Source of the DNA: Candidatus Fervidifonticultor sextus | GTDB lineage: Bacteria > Sysuimicrobiota > Sysuimicrobiia > Sysuimicrobiales > Humicultoraceae | DNA length: 64,000 nucleotides | Assembly (NCBI GenBank): GCA_031459875.1 | Contig: JAVKHQ010000009.1 | Location: forward strand, 1-64,000 | Direction of reading: 5' to 3' | Part shown: piece by piece, positions 8,917 through 17,691 of the stretch | How the letters are laid out: the number at the start of each line of letters is the position of its first letter | How positions within the stretch are numbered: position 1 is the first letter of the stretch | Translations under genes and position numbers: made by a program | The notes under the pieces: model-generated | What the model saw: only the letters and a program-made list of their open reading frames with translations | What the model was told of the DNA's origin: nothing | Databases searched by the model: none

Positions 8917-10257
8917 GTGACTGATCGCATGCAGGAGGTCTTGGCGTCCACGCTCCCCAACGGGCTCCGGGTCCTGATCCAGGAGTCGCACACGGCGCCT
9001 GTGGCCACGTTCTGGATGTGGTATCGCGTGGGAAGCCGCAACGAGATGCCCGGGCTCACCGGCATCTCCCACTGGGTCGAGCACCTGTTGTTCAAGGGGA
9101 CGCCCAGGCATCCCGCGGGCATGCTCACCCGCCTCATCGACCGGCTCGGCGGCCGGTGGAACGCCTTCACCTGGAAGGACTACACGGCCTACTTCGAGGT
9201 GCTCCCGGCCGAACACCTCGAGACCGCCATCCGGCTGGAGGCGGACCGCATGCAGAACACCGTCTTCGACCCGGAGGTCGTCGCCAGCGAGCGCACCGTC
9301 ATCATCTCGGAGCGGGAGGGCGCGGAGAACTTCCCCAGCTACCTCCTGGGGGAAGAGGTGGAGGCGCTGGCCTTCAAGGTCCATCCCTACCGCCACCCGG
9401 TCATCGGGTGGAAGGAGGACCTGCGCGCGATCACGCACGACGACCTCTACCGTCACTACCGGACCCACTACCACCCGAACAACGCGGTGGCCCTGGCTGT
9501 GGGCGACTTCGAGCCCGAGGGCGTGCTGCGGATGATCGAGGAGGCCTTTGGTCCGATCCCGCCCGGCGACCCCCCGCCGCCGGTGCGATCGGTCGAGCCC
9601 GAGCAGTCGGGGGAGCGCCGGGTGATCCTCCGGCGCCCGGGCGGCGGGACCGCTTATCTCCACTTGGCCTTCCACGTTCCGCCAGCGGCCCACCCGGACC
9701 TGCCGGCGCTCATGGTCACCGACGGCCTCCTCACGGGCTTCAAGGGGGTCGGCTCCTTCAACGGGACCGGCAGCGGGCGCAGCAGCCGTCTCTACCGGGC
9801 CCTCGTGGACGGCGGGCTGGCCGCCACCGTGGGATCGTCGATCACGCCCAGCATCGACCCCACGCTCTTCCGGATCACGGCGACCGTCCGCAGCGGCGTC
9901 GAGGTGGCCGCGGTGGAAGCGGCGGTGGCCGCCGAAATCGCGCGGCTGCACGACGAGCCGGTGGAGGAGGCCGAACTTGCCAGGGTCAAGCGGCAGGCCC
10001 GCGCGCAGTTCGTCTACCTGCGCGACGGCGTCTTTCCTCTGGCGCGGGCGCTGGGCGCCATGACCGTGGTGGATCGGCCCGAGGCCCTGCCCGCCCTGGC
10101 CGAGGCCATCGAACGGACGACGGCGGAGGACGTCGCCCGCGTGGCGCGGACCTACCTCACAGAGCGGCGCCGGACGGTCGGCTGGTACGTCCCGGACGAC
10201 AGCCGTCCCGGGCAGGCTGGGGGACGCCGGTGCGCGACCCGGGAGGGCGCGGCATGA
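8917..10257 (+). CDS. M16 family zinc peptidase, catalytic subunit
   Basis: TLPNGL, VGSRNE and HWVEH (HxxEH) LLFKGT motifs. Confidence 0.92.
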   Translation: MTDRMQEVLASTLPNGLRVLIQESHTAPVATFWMWYRVGSRNEMPGLTGISHWVEHLLFKGTPRHPAGMLTRLIDRLGGRWNAFTWKDYTAYFEVLPAEHLETAIRLEADRMQNTVFDPEVVASERTVIISEREGAENFPSYLLGEEVEALAFKVHPYRHPVIGWKEDLRAITHDDLYRHYRTHYHPNNAVALAVGDFEPEGVLRMIEEAFGPIPPGDPPPPVRSVEPEQSGERRVILRRPGGGTAYLHLAFHVPPAAHPDLPALMVTDGLLTGFKGVGSFNGTGSGRSSRLYRALVDGGLAATVGSSITPSIDPTLFRITATVRSGVEVAAVEAAVAAEIARLHDEPVEEAELARVKRQARAQFVYLRDGVFPLARALGAMTVVDRPEALPALAEAIERTTAEDVARVARTYLTERRRTVGWYVPDDSRPGQAGGRRCATREGAA

Positions 10258-11519
10258 CCGTCCCGATCGCCGCCGCCCAGGTCGCGCGGACCGTCCTGCC
10301 CAACGGCCTGACCTGCCTCGTACGGCCGTTTCCCGAGACCGGCGTGGCGACGATTCACGGGTATGTGAAGGCCGGCGGGATCTTCGATGGCGCGCGGCCG
10401 GGGCTGGCGCGTTTTGTCGGCTCGATGCTCATCCGCGGCACGCACCGGCGGTCTGCCCGGGACCTGGCCGAAGACCTCGACGCCATGGGGGCCGTCCTCG
10501 CCGTCTCGCCCGGCACCGAGACCACGGTGATCACCGGCCGGGCGCTTGCTGACGATCTCCCCAGACTCCTGGCCGCAGCCGCCGAGATCCTCACCGAGCC
10601 CGCCTTTCCCGTCGACGAGGTCGAGAAGGTGCGCGGCGAACTCCTCACCGCCCTGCGCGTCAACAGCCTGGACACGCGCCAGGTCGCGGAACGGATCTTC
10701 CGCCGGCTCACGTATCCCGAGGGCCATCCCCACAGCCGTCATCCCGACGGCGAGGAGGCGGTCCTTGAGGCGTTGCAGCCGGATGACCTGCGCGCCTTCC
10801 ACGCCCGGCACTTCCTGCCCGGGGCCACGGTGATCGCCGTGGTGGGCGATGTGGACCCCGGGCAGGCGACCGACCAGTTGGCCAGGGCGTTCGGCGAGTG
10901 GGCTTGCGGTCCGTGGCGAATACCGGCGTTCCCTCCCCCCGCCGGGTCTGTCGTCCGCCGGCAGGAGGAGGCGGTCGTCCCGGGCAAGACCCAGTCGGAC
11001 CTGGTCCTCGGAGGTCCCGGCGTGGCCCGGACCGATCCCGACTACTACGGGGTCATGATGGCCAACCTGCTCCTGGGACAACTGGGGATGATGGGCCGCA
11101 TCGGCCGGGCCGTCCGTGAGCAGCAGGGGATGGCGTACTACGCGTTCAGCGAACTGCGGGCCGGGCTGCTGGCCGGGCCCTGGTGGGTGCGGGCCGGGGT
11201 CAATCCGGTCAACGTGGAGCGCGCCGTCGCCGCGGTCCTCCGCGAGGTCGCCGACCTCCAGGCCCACGGACCGGCCCCAGACGAGCTCGCCGACGCCCGG
11301 ACGTTCCTGGTCGGCTCCCTGGCGGTCCGTCTGGAGTCCAGCGCCGGTATCGCGCAGACGCTGGCCGACATCGAACTCTACGACCTGGGCCTGGACCACC
11401 TGGAACGCTACCCGTCCATCATCGCCGGGGTAAGCCGGGACGACGTCGTGGCCGCCATCCGACGGTTCCCCACCGACGGTGCCGTCCTGGCAATTGCCGG
11501 CCCCGAGCGTCAGCCGTGA
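10254..11519 (+). CDS. M16 family peptidase, non-catalytic partner subunit
   Basis: LPNGL and VREQQGMAYY motifs; HxxEH replaced by RFVGS; 4-bp overlap with the previous gene. Confidence 0.88.
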   Translation: MTVPIAAAQVARTVLPNGLTCLVRPFPETGVATIHGYVKAGGIFDGARPGLARFVGSMLIRGTHRRSARDLAEDLDAMGAVLAVSPGTETTVITGRALADDLPRLLAAAAEILTEPAFPVDEVEKVRGELLTALRVNSLDTRQVAERIFRRLTYPEGHPHSRHPDGEEAVLEALQPDDLRAFHARHFLPGATVIAVVGDVDPGQATDQLARAFGEWACGPWRIPAFPPPAGSVVRRQEEAVVPGKTQSDLVLGGPGVARTDPDYYGVMMANLLLGQLGMMGRIGRAVREQQGMAYYAFSELRAGLLAGPWWVRAGVNPVNVERAVAAVLREVADLQAHGPAPDELADARTFLVGSLAVRLESSAGIAQTLADIELYDLGLDHLERYPSIIAGVSRDDVVAAIRRFPTDGAVLAIAGPERQP

Positions 11520-12202
11520 GTCCCTCCGCCGCCCAGGCGCGGCCGACGCCGGAGACCATCGCGATCCTGGGCGGGACGGGCAATCTGGGGCTCGGTCTGT
11601 CCGCCCGGCTGTGCGCGGCGGGATACGACGTCGTCATCGGATCCCGGGACGCCGCGCGGGGAGCGGAGGCTGCCCGGCGGCTCAGTCGGCCCAACGCGCG
11701 CGGGGCGACCAACGCCGAGGCGGCCCGGGCGGCCTCGATCGTGGTCGTGGCGTGCCCGGCCGAAGGGCATGCCGCATTGGTCTCCGGCCTGGCCGGCCTG
11801 CTGGCGGGCCGGATCGTCGTGGACGCCACGGTCCCCATGGCTGCGGGGTACGTCTATGCGCCGCCGGCGGCGGGGTCAGCCGCCGCGGAGACCCGGGCGC
11901 TGGCCCCGGGTGCGCGCGTGGTGGCCGCGTTCCACACTCTGTCGGCGCGGCTGCTCGCGGACCTCTCGCGGCCGCTCGACCAGGACGTGCTGGTCTGCGG
12001 CGATGACCCCGAGGCGCGAGCGCGGATCATCGACCTGGCCGATGCGATCGGCGCCCGCGGGGTGGATGCCGGGAACCTGGCCGCCGCCGCCACCATCGAG
12101 GCCCTGGCCGTGCTCGTCATCGGGCTCAACATCCGCTACCGCCGCCGCGATCTCGGCATCCGGATTGCCCACCTCCCGGCCCACGCCCGGCCGCGCCCCT
12201 GA
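11516..12202 (+). CDS. npdG: NADPH-dependent F420 reductase
   Basis: IAILGGTGNLG, IGSRD, SAAAE, AAFHTLSA and VCGDD motifs. Confidence 0.88.
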   Translation: MSPSAAQARPTPETIAILGGTGNLGLGLSARLCAAGYDVVIGSRDAARGAEAARRLSRPNARGATNAEAARAASIVVVACPAEGHAALVSGLAGLLAGRIVVDATVPMAAGYVYAPPAAGSAAAETRALAPGARVVAAFHTLSARLLADLSRPLDQDVLVCGDDPEARARIIDLADAIGARGVDAGNLAAAATIEALAVLVIGLNIRYRRRDLGIRIAHLPAHARPRP

Positions 12203-12233
12203 TGCGCGCAGAAGCCGGCCGGGCGCGACCTCG

Positions 12234-12989
12234 ATGAAGACCCTGATCGCCTGGGCACCGGAACCGTTCCCGGAGATCCGTCCCGGCGATGATCTCACCG
12301 GCGCGATTGCCGCCGCGCTGCGCGGCGCGGGTCTTATCCCCGAGCCGGGGGACGTGGTCGTGGTGGCCCACAAGATCGTCTCCAAGGCGGAGGGCAGCGT
12401 CGTGGATCTCCGCCGCATCACCCCCGGCCCTGAGGCTGCGGCGCTGGCGGAGCAGGCGCGCAGGGATCCGCGCCTCGTCGAGGTCATCCTGCGCGAATCC
12501 CGCGCCGTGCGCCGGGTGCGGCCCGGCCTGATCATCGCCGAGCACCGGCTGGGATTCGTCTGTGCCAATGCGGGGGTGGACCACTCCAACGTCGGCCTGG
12601 GCGACGACGTGGTCGTGACGCTGCCGCGCGACCCCGACGCCTCTGCGGAACGCATCCGGGCCGGGCTGCGCCAGGCGTTCGGTGCCGATGTGGGCGTGAT
12701 CATCAACGACAGCCACGGCCGGCCCTTCCGCCAGGGGACCACCGGGGCCGCCATCGGCGCCGCCGGCCTTCGGGTCCTGCGCTCGTATGTGGGGGAAGCG
12801 GACCGCTACGGCTACATCCTGCGGGTCTCGGTGGAGGCCGTCGCCGACGAGTTCGCGGCGCTGGCGAACCTGCTCCAGGGTCAGGCCGCCGAGGGCAGGC
12901 CGGTGGTACTGGTCCGGGGAGTTGACCATGCGGGGACGGGTCATGCCTCCGATCTGGTGCGGTCCGAGGAAGAGGACCTGTTCAGGTAG
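12234..12989 (+). CDS. cofE: Coenzyme F420-0:L-glutamate ligase
   Basis: PEIRPGDDL, KIVSKAEG, CANAGVDHSN, LPRDPDASA and DSHGRPFR motifs. Confidence 0.93.
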   Translation: MKTLIAWAPEPFPEIRPGDDLTGAIAAALRGAGLIPEPGDVVVVAHKIVSKAEGSVVDLRRITPGPEAAALAEQARRDPRLVEVILRESRAVRRVRPGLIIAEHRLGFVCANAGVDHSNVGLGDDVVVTLPRDPDASAERIRAGLRQAFGADVGVIINDSHGRPFRQGTTGAAIGAAGLRVLRSYVGEADRYGYILRVSVEAVADEFAALANLLQGQAAEGRPVVLVRGVDHAGTGHASDLVRSEEEDLFR

Positions 12990-13028
12990 AAGTCTGCGGC
13001 TTGGCGGACAAGCCTTTCCGAGGCCTGG

Positions 13029-13202
13029 GTGACCGAAGCCGACTGCGGCAGGGGCCGAGATATCAGCCAGAGGCATCGAGACCAGAGCTACACGCTGACT
13101 GATGCCATGTCATTTGGGATCGTGGAACGGCTCCGCGTACGCCTCGCCTTCACGTTTGACACCCACTTCGACCAGTACGGATTCCAGCCGCTCCTCCCCT
13201 GA
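13029..13202 (+). pseudogene. C-terminal remnant of a PIN-domain (VapC-like) toxin
   Basis: Translates to VTEADCGRGRDISQRHRDQSYTLTDAMSFGIVERLRVRLAFTFDTHFDQYGFQPLLP*, matching the VapC C-terminal pattern D..YSLTD..SF..M.......AFTFD.HF...GF; N-terminal half absent. Confidence 0.75.
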
Positions 13203-13214
13203 CGAGGCGCAGCG

Positions 13215-14531
13215 ATGATCGTCATCGCCACCGGCATCTCCGGCAGCGGCAAACTCAGCGAGGCCGGCGGCGGACCGGGCTACCTCGTCCGGCTCATCGA
13301 AGAGGGCACAGCTCGCATCGCCGCCGCCCAGCGGGAGGGCCGGTGGACCTCGCCGATCCGGCGCCTGCGCTACATCGACATGGGGGGCCTCATGCTGTCG
13401 CGGGCGCGCGACCTGGGCATGGACGTGCGCACGGAGACGATCCTGGACATGGCGCCGGAGGCCCTCCAGGAACTGCGCGCCATCGCGTTCACCGAGGTCG
13501 TCAACGACCCGGCGCTGTGGGAGCCCGACCTGTGCACGATCCTGGTGACCCACGCGTGCTTCTGGTGGAAGGGGTACCTGATCCCGGGCCTCGACACCCA
13601 CTACCTCAAACTGCTCTTTGACGAGACGCGCCGGCGCATGCCGCCCCAGGACGTGCGGGCCGTCCAGGAGACCCTGCCGGGCCTGCGCCTGGCCCCGCCG
13701 GTCCGTCCCGAGGGGATCTTCTACGTGACGATCGTCGACGGCATCTACCAGATCCAGCGCCGGCTGGACGCCACCGAGCAGTGGCGGGGTCGGCTGACCC
13801 CCAACGAGCTCATCGCCTGGCAGGAGCAGGAAGTCTTCATTTCCAAGATGTTCGCCGCCTACGAGCGCGTGCCGCACTACCTGATCGCCCACGACGAGCC
13901 CACCAGGACGCTGTTCGACCTCATCTGCTTGAAAAGGCCCCTGATCTACCTGGGCTACCCCATCACCAACCTGCGCCGTGAAGGGCAGACGCGGCTGATT
14001 GAGATGGCGCGCGAGTTCGGGGAACGTCTGCGCGAGCACTTCGTCGTCTTCGACCCGCTGTCGGTCAAAGACGAGGAAGCGGCGGCCTTTGCGAAGATCG
14101 GTGAGGAGGAGTTCCAGCAGCAGTTCTCCCCCGCGCAGCGGGCCGAGATCGAGGCCTGGGCCGGCTCCCTGGAGGCGCTGCGCGAGTGGGCCCGCTCCCT
14201 GGACGAGCGGACACGGCTGCAGTTGGGACGCGCCACCGTGGTGCGCGATCTCCGTCTCATCGACCAGGCAGACCTCAACGTGGTTTTCTACCCCACCAGC
14301 CAGATGTCGTTTGGAGTCCTCTCGGAGATGATCCACGCCCACACGACGGGCAAGAAGGTCTACATCGTGTACCCGTTCCGCAGCCTCTCACCGTTTTTGG
14401 AGTTCTACGCCACCCGGGTCTACAATCCGGGCCCTGGAGAACCGGACCCCCAGACCCCCGCGGACATCGAAGCGTTCATGGGACGGGCCGCTGCCCGGCT
14501 GCTTGAGGATCTCCTGGCCCAGACTGGCTGA
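13215..14531 (+). CDS. Archaeal-type adenylate-kinase-like P-loop domain fused to a nucleoside 2-deoxyribosyltransferase/Rcl-like N-glycosidase domain
   Basis: N-terminal IVIATGISGSGK and ILVTHACFWWKGYLIPGL; C-terminal IYLGYPI, VRDLRLIDQAD and SFGVLSEMIHAHTTGKKVY. Confidence 0.7.
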   Translation: MIVIATGISGSGKLSEAGGGPGYLVRLIEEGTARIAAAQREGRWTSPIRRLRYIDMGGLMLSRARDLGMDVRTETILDMAPEALQELRAIAFTEVVNDPALWEPDLCTILVTHACFWWKGYLIPGLDTHYLKLLFDETRRRMPPQDVRAVQETLPGLRLAPPVRPEGIFYVTIVDGIYQIQRRLDATEQWRGRLTPNELIAWQEQEVFISKMFAAYERVPHYLIAHDEPTRTLFDLICLKRPLIYLGYPITNLRREGQTRLIEMAREFGERLREHFVVFDPLSVKDEEAAAFAKIGEEEFQQQFSPAQRAEIEAWAGSLEALREWARSLDERTRLQLGRATVVRDLRLIDQADLNVVFYPTSQMSFGVLSEMIHAHTTGKKVYIVYPFRSLSPFLEFYATRVYNPGPGEPDPQTPADIEAFMGRAAARLLEDLLAQTG

Positions 14532-14539
14532 GGGACGGC

Positions 14540-14971
14540 ATGCAGGTGGAGACGGTGCTCTCCGGACGGCCGATCGAGAGTGCCTCGGCCCTGGTCCACG
14601 CCATGTTCGCAGCCGAGCTGGACAGCCCCGTGCTGACCTCCGGGCACGACCTCGGGGCGCTGGCCGGCCCGTTGCGGGTGGACGTGGCCCGGGACGCTGA
14701 GGTCTACACGAAGATTTCGGGGAAGGAGCAGCGGCTGTCTGCCGGGGACATGGTCGTCCGCGACGGGGGAGGGGTCATCGCTTCTGTGGTTTACGGGCCG
14801 GACTTCCGTACGCGCATACGGTTGGAATCCAGCGCCGCGCTCTTTGGGGCGTGGGGGCCGGTGGGGCTCACGACGGACGTCGTCGCCGCGCACCTCGACC
14901 GGCTCGCGGGCCTGGTGCGGGAGGAGTGGCCGGACGCGGCGGTCGAGCCCCCTCGGCTCTTCATGGGATGA
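14540..14971 (+). CDS. B3/B4 (PheRS-beta-like, tRNA editing) domain protein, probably N-terminally truncated
   Basis: SALVHAMFAAEL, TSGHDL, GDMVVRD..GVIASVVYGPDFRTRI; shorter than typical standalone B3/4 proteins. Confidence 0.65.
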   Translation: MQVETVLSGRPIESASALVHAMFAAELDSPVLTSGHDLGALAGPLRVDVARDAEVYTKISGKEQRLSAGDMVVRDGGGVIASVVYGPDFRTRIRLESSAALFGAWGPVGLTTDVVAAHLDRLAGLVREEWPDAAVEPPRLFMG

Positions 14972-15006
14972 CCTGATTTGCCCTTTGCTACAATGCTGCT
15001 GCAGCC

Positions 15007-15984
15007 ATGCCTGCGAACCTAACACCCGAATACCTGGCCGCAGACCGCAAGTTCAAGGAAGCCACCACACCCCAGGACAAGCTGGCGGCGCTCGAAGAGA
15101 TGCTGGCCGTTATCCCCAAGCACAAGGGGACCGAGAAGATGCAGGCCGACCTCAAGCGCCGCATCGCCAAGCTGCGGACGGAGATGCAGCGCCGCAAGGG
15201 CGCGGCCCGGGCCCGGCCCTTCTACCACGTAGAGCGGGAAGGCGCCGGCCAGATCGTCCTGGTCGGCGCCCCCAACGCTGGCAAGTCGTCGATCCTTGCG
15301 GCGCTCACCAACGCCACGCCCGAGATCGCCCCCTACCCGTTTACGACCCGCGTACCCCTGGCCGGGATGGCGGCCTACGAGGACGTGCAGATCCAGCTCG
15401 TGGACCTGCCGCCGGTCAGCCAGGAGTCGGCGGAAGGCTGGCTCTTCGCCCTCATCCGCGGCGCCGACGGCGCGCTGGTGATCGTGGACCTGGCCGACCA
15501 GGACCTGCTGGCGTCTACAGAACAACTCCTGACCCTCCTGACGTCTGCCCGCGTGACGCTGATCCCGCCGGGGGGGCCGCGCGGCGCCGGTGAGGTGCCG
15601 GCCATCTTCGTGGCGGCCAAGCTCGACGCGCCGGGCGCCCGCGATACCCTTGAAGTCTTCAAGGAGTTCTACGGGTCCCGCCTCCCGGTGCTCCCCATCT
15701 CGGCGGAGCAGGACGTCAATCTCGGCCCGCTGCGCCGGGCGATGTTCGAGATGCTGGGCATCATCCGGGTTTACAGCAAGAAGCCCGGCAAGAAGCCCGA
15801 CCTGCAGGTCCCCTACATCCTGCGGCGCGGGACCACGGTGCTGGACGCCGCCGCGGTGGTCCACAAGGACTTCGCGGAGCGGCTGCGGTACGCGCGCCTG
15901 TGGCGGCGGGGGGAAATCGAAGGGATGATGGTCGGCCGCGACCACCTGCTGCAGGACAGCGACATCCTCGAACTGCACGCCTGA
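15007..15984 (+). CDS. DRG/Obg-family GTPase with TGS domain
   Basis: MPANL, PKHKGTEK, GAPNAGKS, YPFTT, DLP and C-terminal TGS (VHKDF...LQDSDILELH). Confidence 0.92.
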   Translation: MPANLTPEYLAADRKFKEATTPQDKLAALEEMLAVIPKHKGTEKMQADLKRRIAKLRTEMQRRKGAARARPFYHVEREGAGQIVLVGAPNAGKSSILAALTNATPEIAPYPFTTRVPLAGMAAYEDVQIQLVDLPPVSQESAEGWLFALIRGADGALVIVDLADQDLLASTEQLLTLLTSARVTLIPPGGPRGAGEVPAIFVAAKLDAPGARDTLEVFKEFYGSRLPVLPISAEQDVNLGPLRRAMFEMLGIIRVYSKKPGKKPDLQVPYILRRGTTVLDAAAVVHKDFAERLRYARLWRRGEIEGMMVGRDHLLQDSDILELHA

Positions 15985-15990
15985 CCGCGA

Positions 15991-16172
15991 CCACCCATGT
16001 TCGGGACCTCGCTCCTGGGCTTGAGGACCTTCCCCCGCGCCCTCCGGATCGCCTGGAGCGTCGTGTCGACATCCTCCACGTCGATGTAGGCCTGAACGGC
16101 CGGCTTCGTCGGCACCTTCTTCACCTTGTTGAACCCGACGCGGGCGCCCTCTCCTGGTGGCCGGAGAAGACC
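15991..16172 (-). pseudogene. Internal remnant of a VOC/glyoxalase family gene
   Basis: Translates to ...PPGEGARVGFNKVKKVPTKPAVQAYIDVEDVDTTLQAIRRARGKVLKPRSEVPNMG (VOC YI.V.DVD...GGKV..P..EVP.MG pattern); both ends missing. Confidence 0.65.
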
Positions 16173-16814
16173 CTACCGTGCCAGCGTCGCGCGGAGCCGC
16201 TGGATCATAACCACGATCAGTCCGGCGGACAGGCCCACCAGGGCCAGGCAGACCACCCCGACGCCCAGCCCGGCCAGCATGAACAGGGCATCCCGGTTCA
16301 GCAGCCCCATCCCGATGAGCATGACGGCGATCGCCGGGAGCGTGTTCAGGAAGGGCAGGGGGCTCAGCAGGATCACGCCCATCAGGAACACCATGACACC
16401 GGCCGCCCGGAGCACGACCCGCTCGGGCACCACGGCCCAGCGGGGTCGGGAGAGCCGTTCGAGCCTCCGGATCCACGGCACTCCGCGCTCCCGCAGTGCG
16501 CGGACGGCCCTGGCGCCAAGGACCATCTCCCGGAGGCGCACGGGCACCCAGGGCCGGGGCTGGCCCAGCAGCATCTGGACGGCGAAGACCGCGTAGATGG
16601 GTCCGACGACTGTCGAGGACCCGGGGGGCAGGACTGGAATGAGCATGGGGAGCCCGAGGACGATCATCCACAGGCCGTACCCTCGCTCGGCTGTCCGGTC
16701 AATCAGTTCCCCGAAGCGAACCGGTCGGGTCTGGGCCTCGTCGAGGAACGCCTCGATCAGGGCGGACAGGCGGACCTGCCGCTCGTCCTGGCCCGCCTGC
16801 GGAGATGCCACCAT
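16173..16814 (-). CDS. exoD: ExoD-family membrane protein
   Basis: ERGYGL, LP..IP, QMLLG...PWVP, PLPFLNTLPA and GLLNRDA motifs. Confidence 0.85.
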   Translation of the reverse strand: MVASPQAGQDERQVRLSALIEAFLDEAQTRPVRFGELIDRTAERGYGLWMIVLGLPMLIPVLPPGSSTVVGPIYAVFAVQMLLGQPRPWVPVRLREMVLGARAVRALRERGVPWIRRLERLSRPRWAVVPERVVLRAAGVMVFLMGVILLSPLPFLNTLPAIAVMLIGMGLLNRDALFMLAGLGVGVVCLALVGLSAGLIVVMIQRLRATLAR

Positions 16815-16826
16815 CTGCAGCCCGCA

Positions 16827-17675
16827 TCACCCCAGCTTCATGCGGGGGTCGAGCGCGTCCCGGAGGCCGTCGCCCAGCAGGTTGAACGCCATGACCGACA
16901 GGAAGATGGCCAGGCCGGGGAACGTGGCGATGTACCAGGAGGAGAACAGGTACGTCTGTCCCTCCCCCAGCATCGTCCCCCACTCCGGGGTCGGTGGCCG
17001 CACGCCCAGTCCCAAAAACCCGAGGCCGGCCGCGGTCAGGATGGCCGTGCCCAACTGCAGGGTGGACTGGACGATGACCGGCGGCAGCGAGTTGGGCAGC
17101 ACATGGCGGCCGATGATCCGGGCCTCCGGGACGCCGACGGCCCGCGCGGCCTCGATGTAGATCTGAGACCGGATGGACAGGGCGACCCCCCGCACGAGCC
17201 GGATGTAGACCGGCGCCGTCGCCAGCCCCACGGACACCACGACGTTGGTCACGCCCACGCCCAGCACCGCGATCAGCGTCAACGCCAGCAGGAATCCCGG
17301 AAAGGCCAGCAGGAGATCCACCACCCGCTGGACCGCCAGGTCGACCACCCCTCCGTAGTATCCGGAGACCAGCCCGACCGGCACGCCCAGCGCGGCGCTG
17401 AGGCCCACCGCCAGAATTCCGATCAGGAACGAGACGCGGGCACCGTACACGATGCGCGCCAGCAGGTTGCGGCCCAGCTGATCGGTGCCGAGCGGGTACG
17501 CCCGCGACGGCGGCTGGAGGACCCGGTCGAAGTTGACCTCGTTGGGGTCCTCGACGAAGAGCACCGGCGCCAGCAGCGAGGCCGCCAGGAACGCGGCCAG
17601 CACCGCCAGGCCCACGACGGCGGTACGGTGACGGCGCAGGCGCCGCCAGACGCCCGGTCGCGCCCGGACCTCCAC
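16827..17675 (-). CDS. Peptide/nickel ABC transporter permease (DppC/OppC)
   Basis: PLGTDQLGR, YIEAARAVG, HVLPN and GLGVRPPTPEWG motifs; start (GTG 17675) uncertain. Confidence 0.9.
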   Translation of the reverse strand: MEVRARPGVWRRLRRHRTAVVGLAVLAAFLAASLLAPVLFVEDPNEVNFDRVLQPPSRAYPLGTDQLGRNLLARIVYGARVSFLIGILAVGLSAALGVPVGLVSGYYGGVVDLAVQRVVDLLLAFPGFLLALTLIAVLGVGVTNVVVSVGLATAPVYIRLVRGVALSIRSQIYIEAARAVGVPEARIIGRHVLPNSLPPVIVQSTLQLGTAILTAAGLGFLGLGVRPPTPEWGTMLGEGQTYLFSSWYIATFPGLAIFLSVMAFNLLGDGLRDALDPRMKLG

Positions 17676-17691
17676 CGCGGCAGGTATCCAT

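Noticed and set aside
12987..16175. Amber read-through fusing cofE to the PIN fragment or exoD to the VOC fragment (both in frame after TAG)
   Set aside because: Each has a 1-in-3 chance of being in frame; the fragments are incomplete domains and TAG is used as a normal stop throughout the window.
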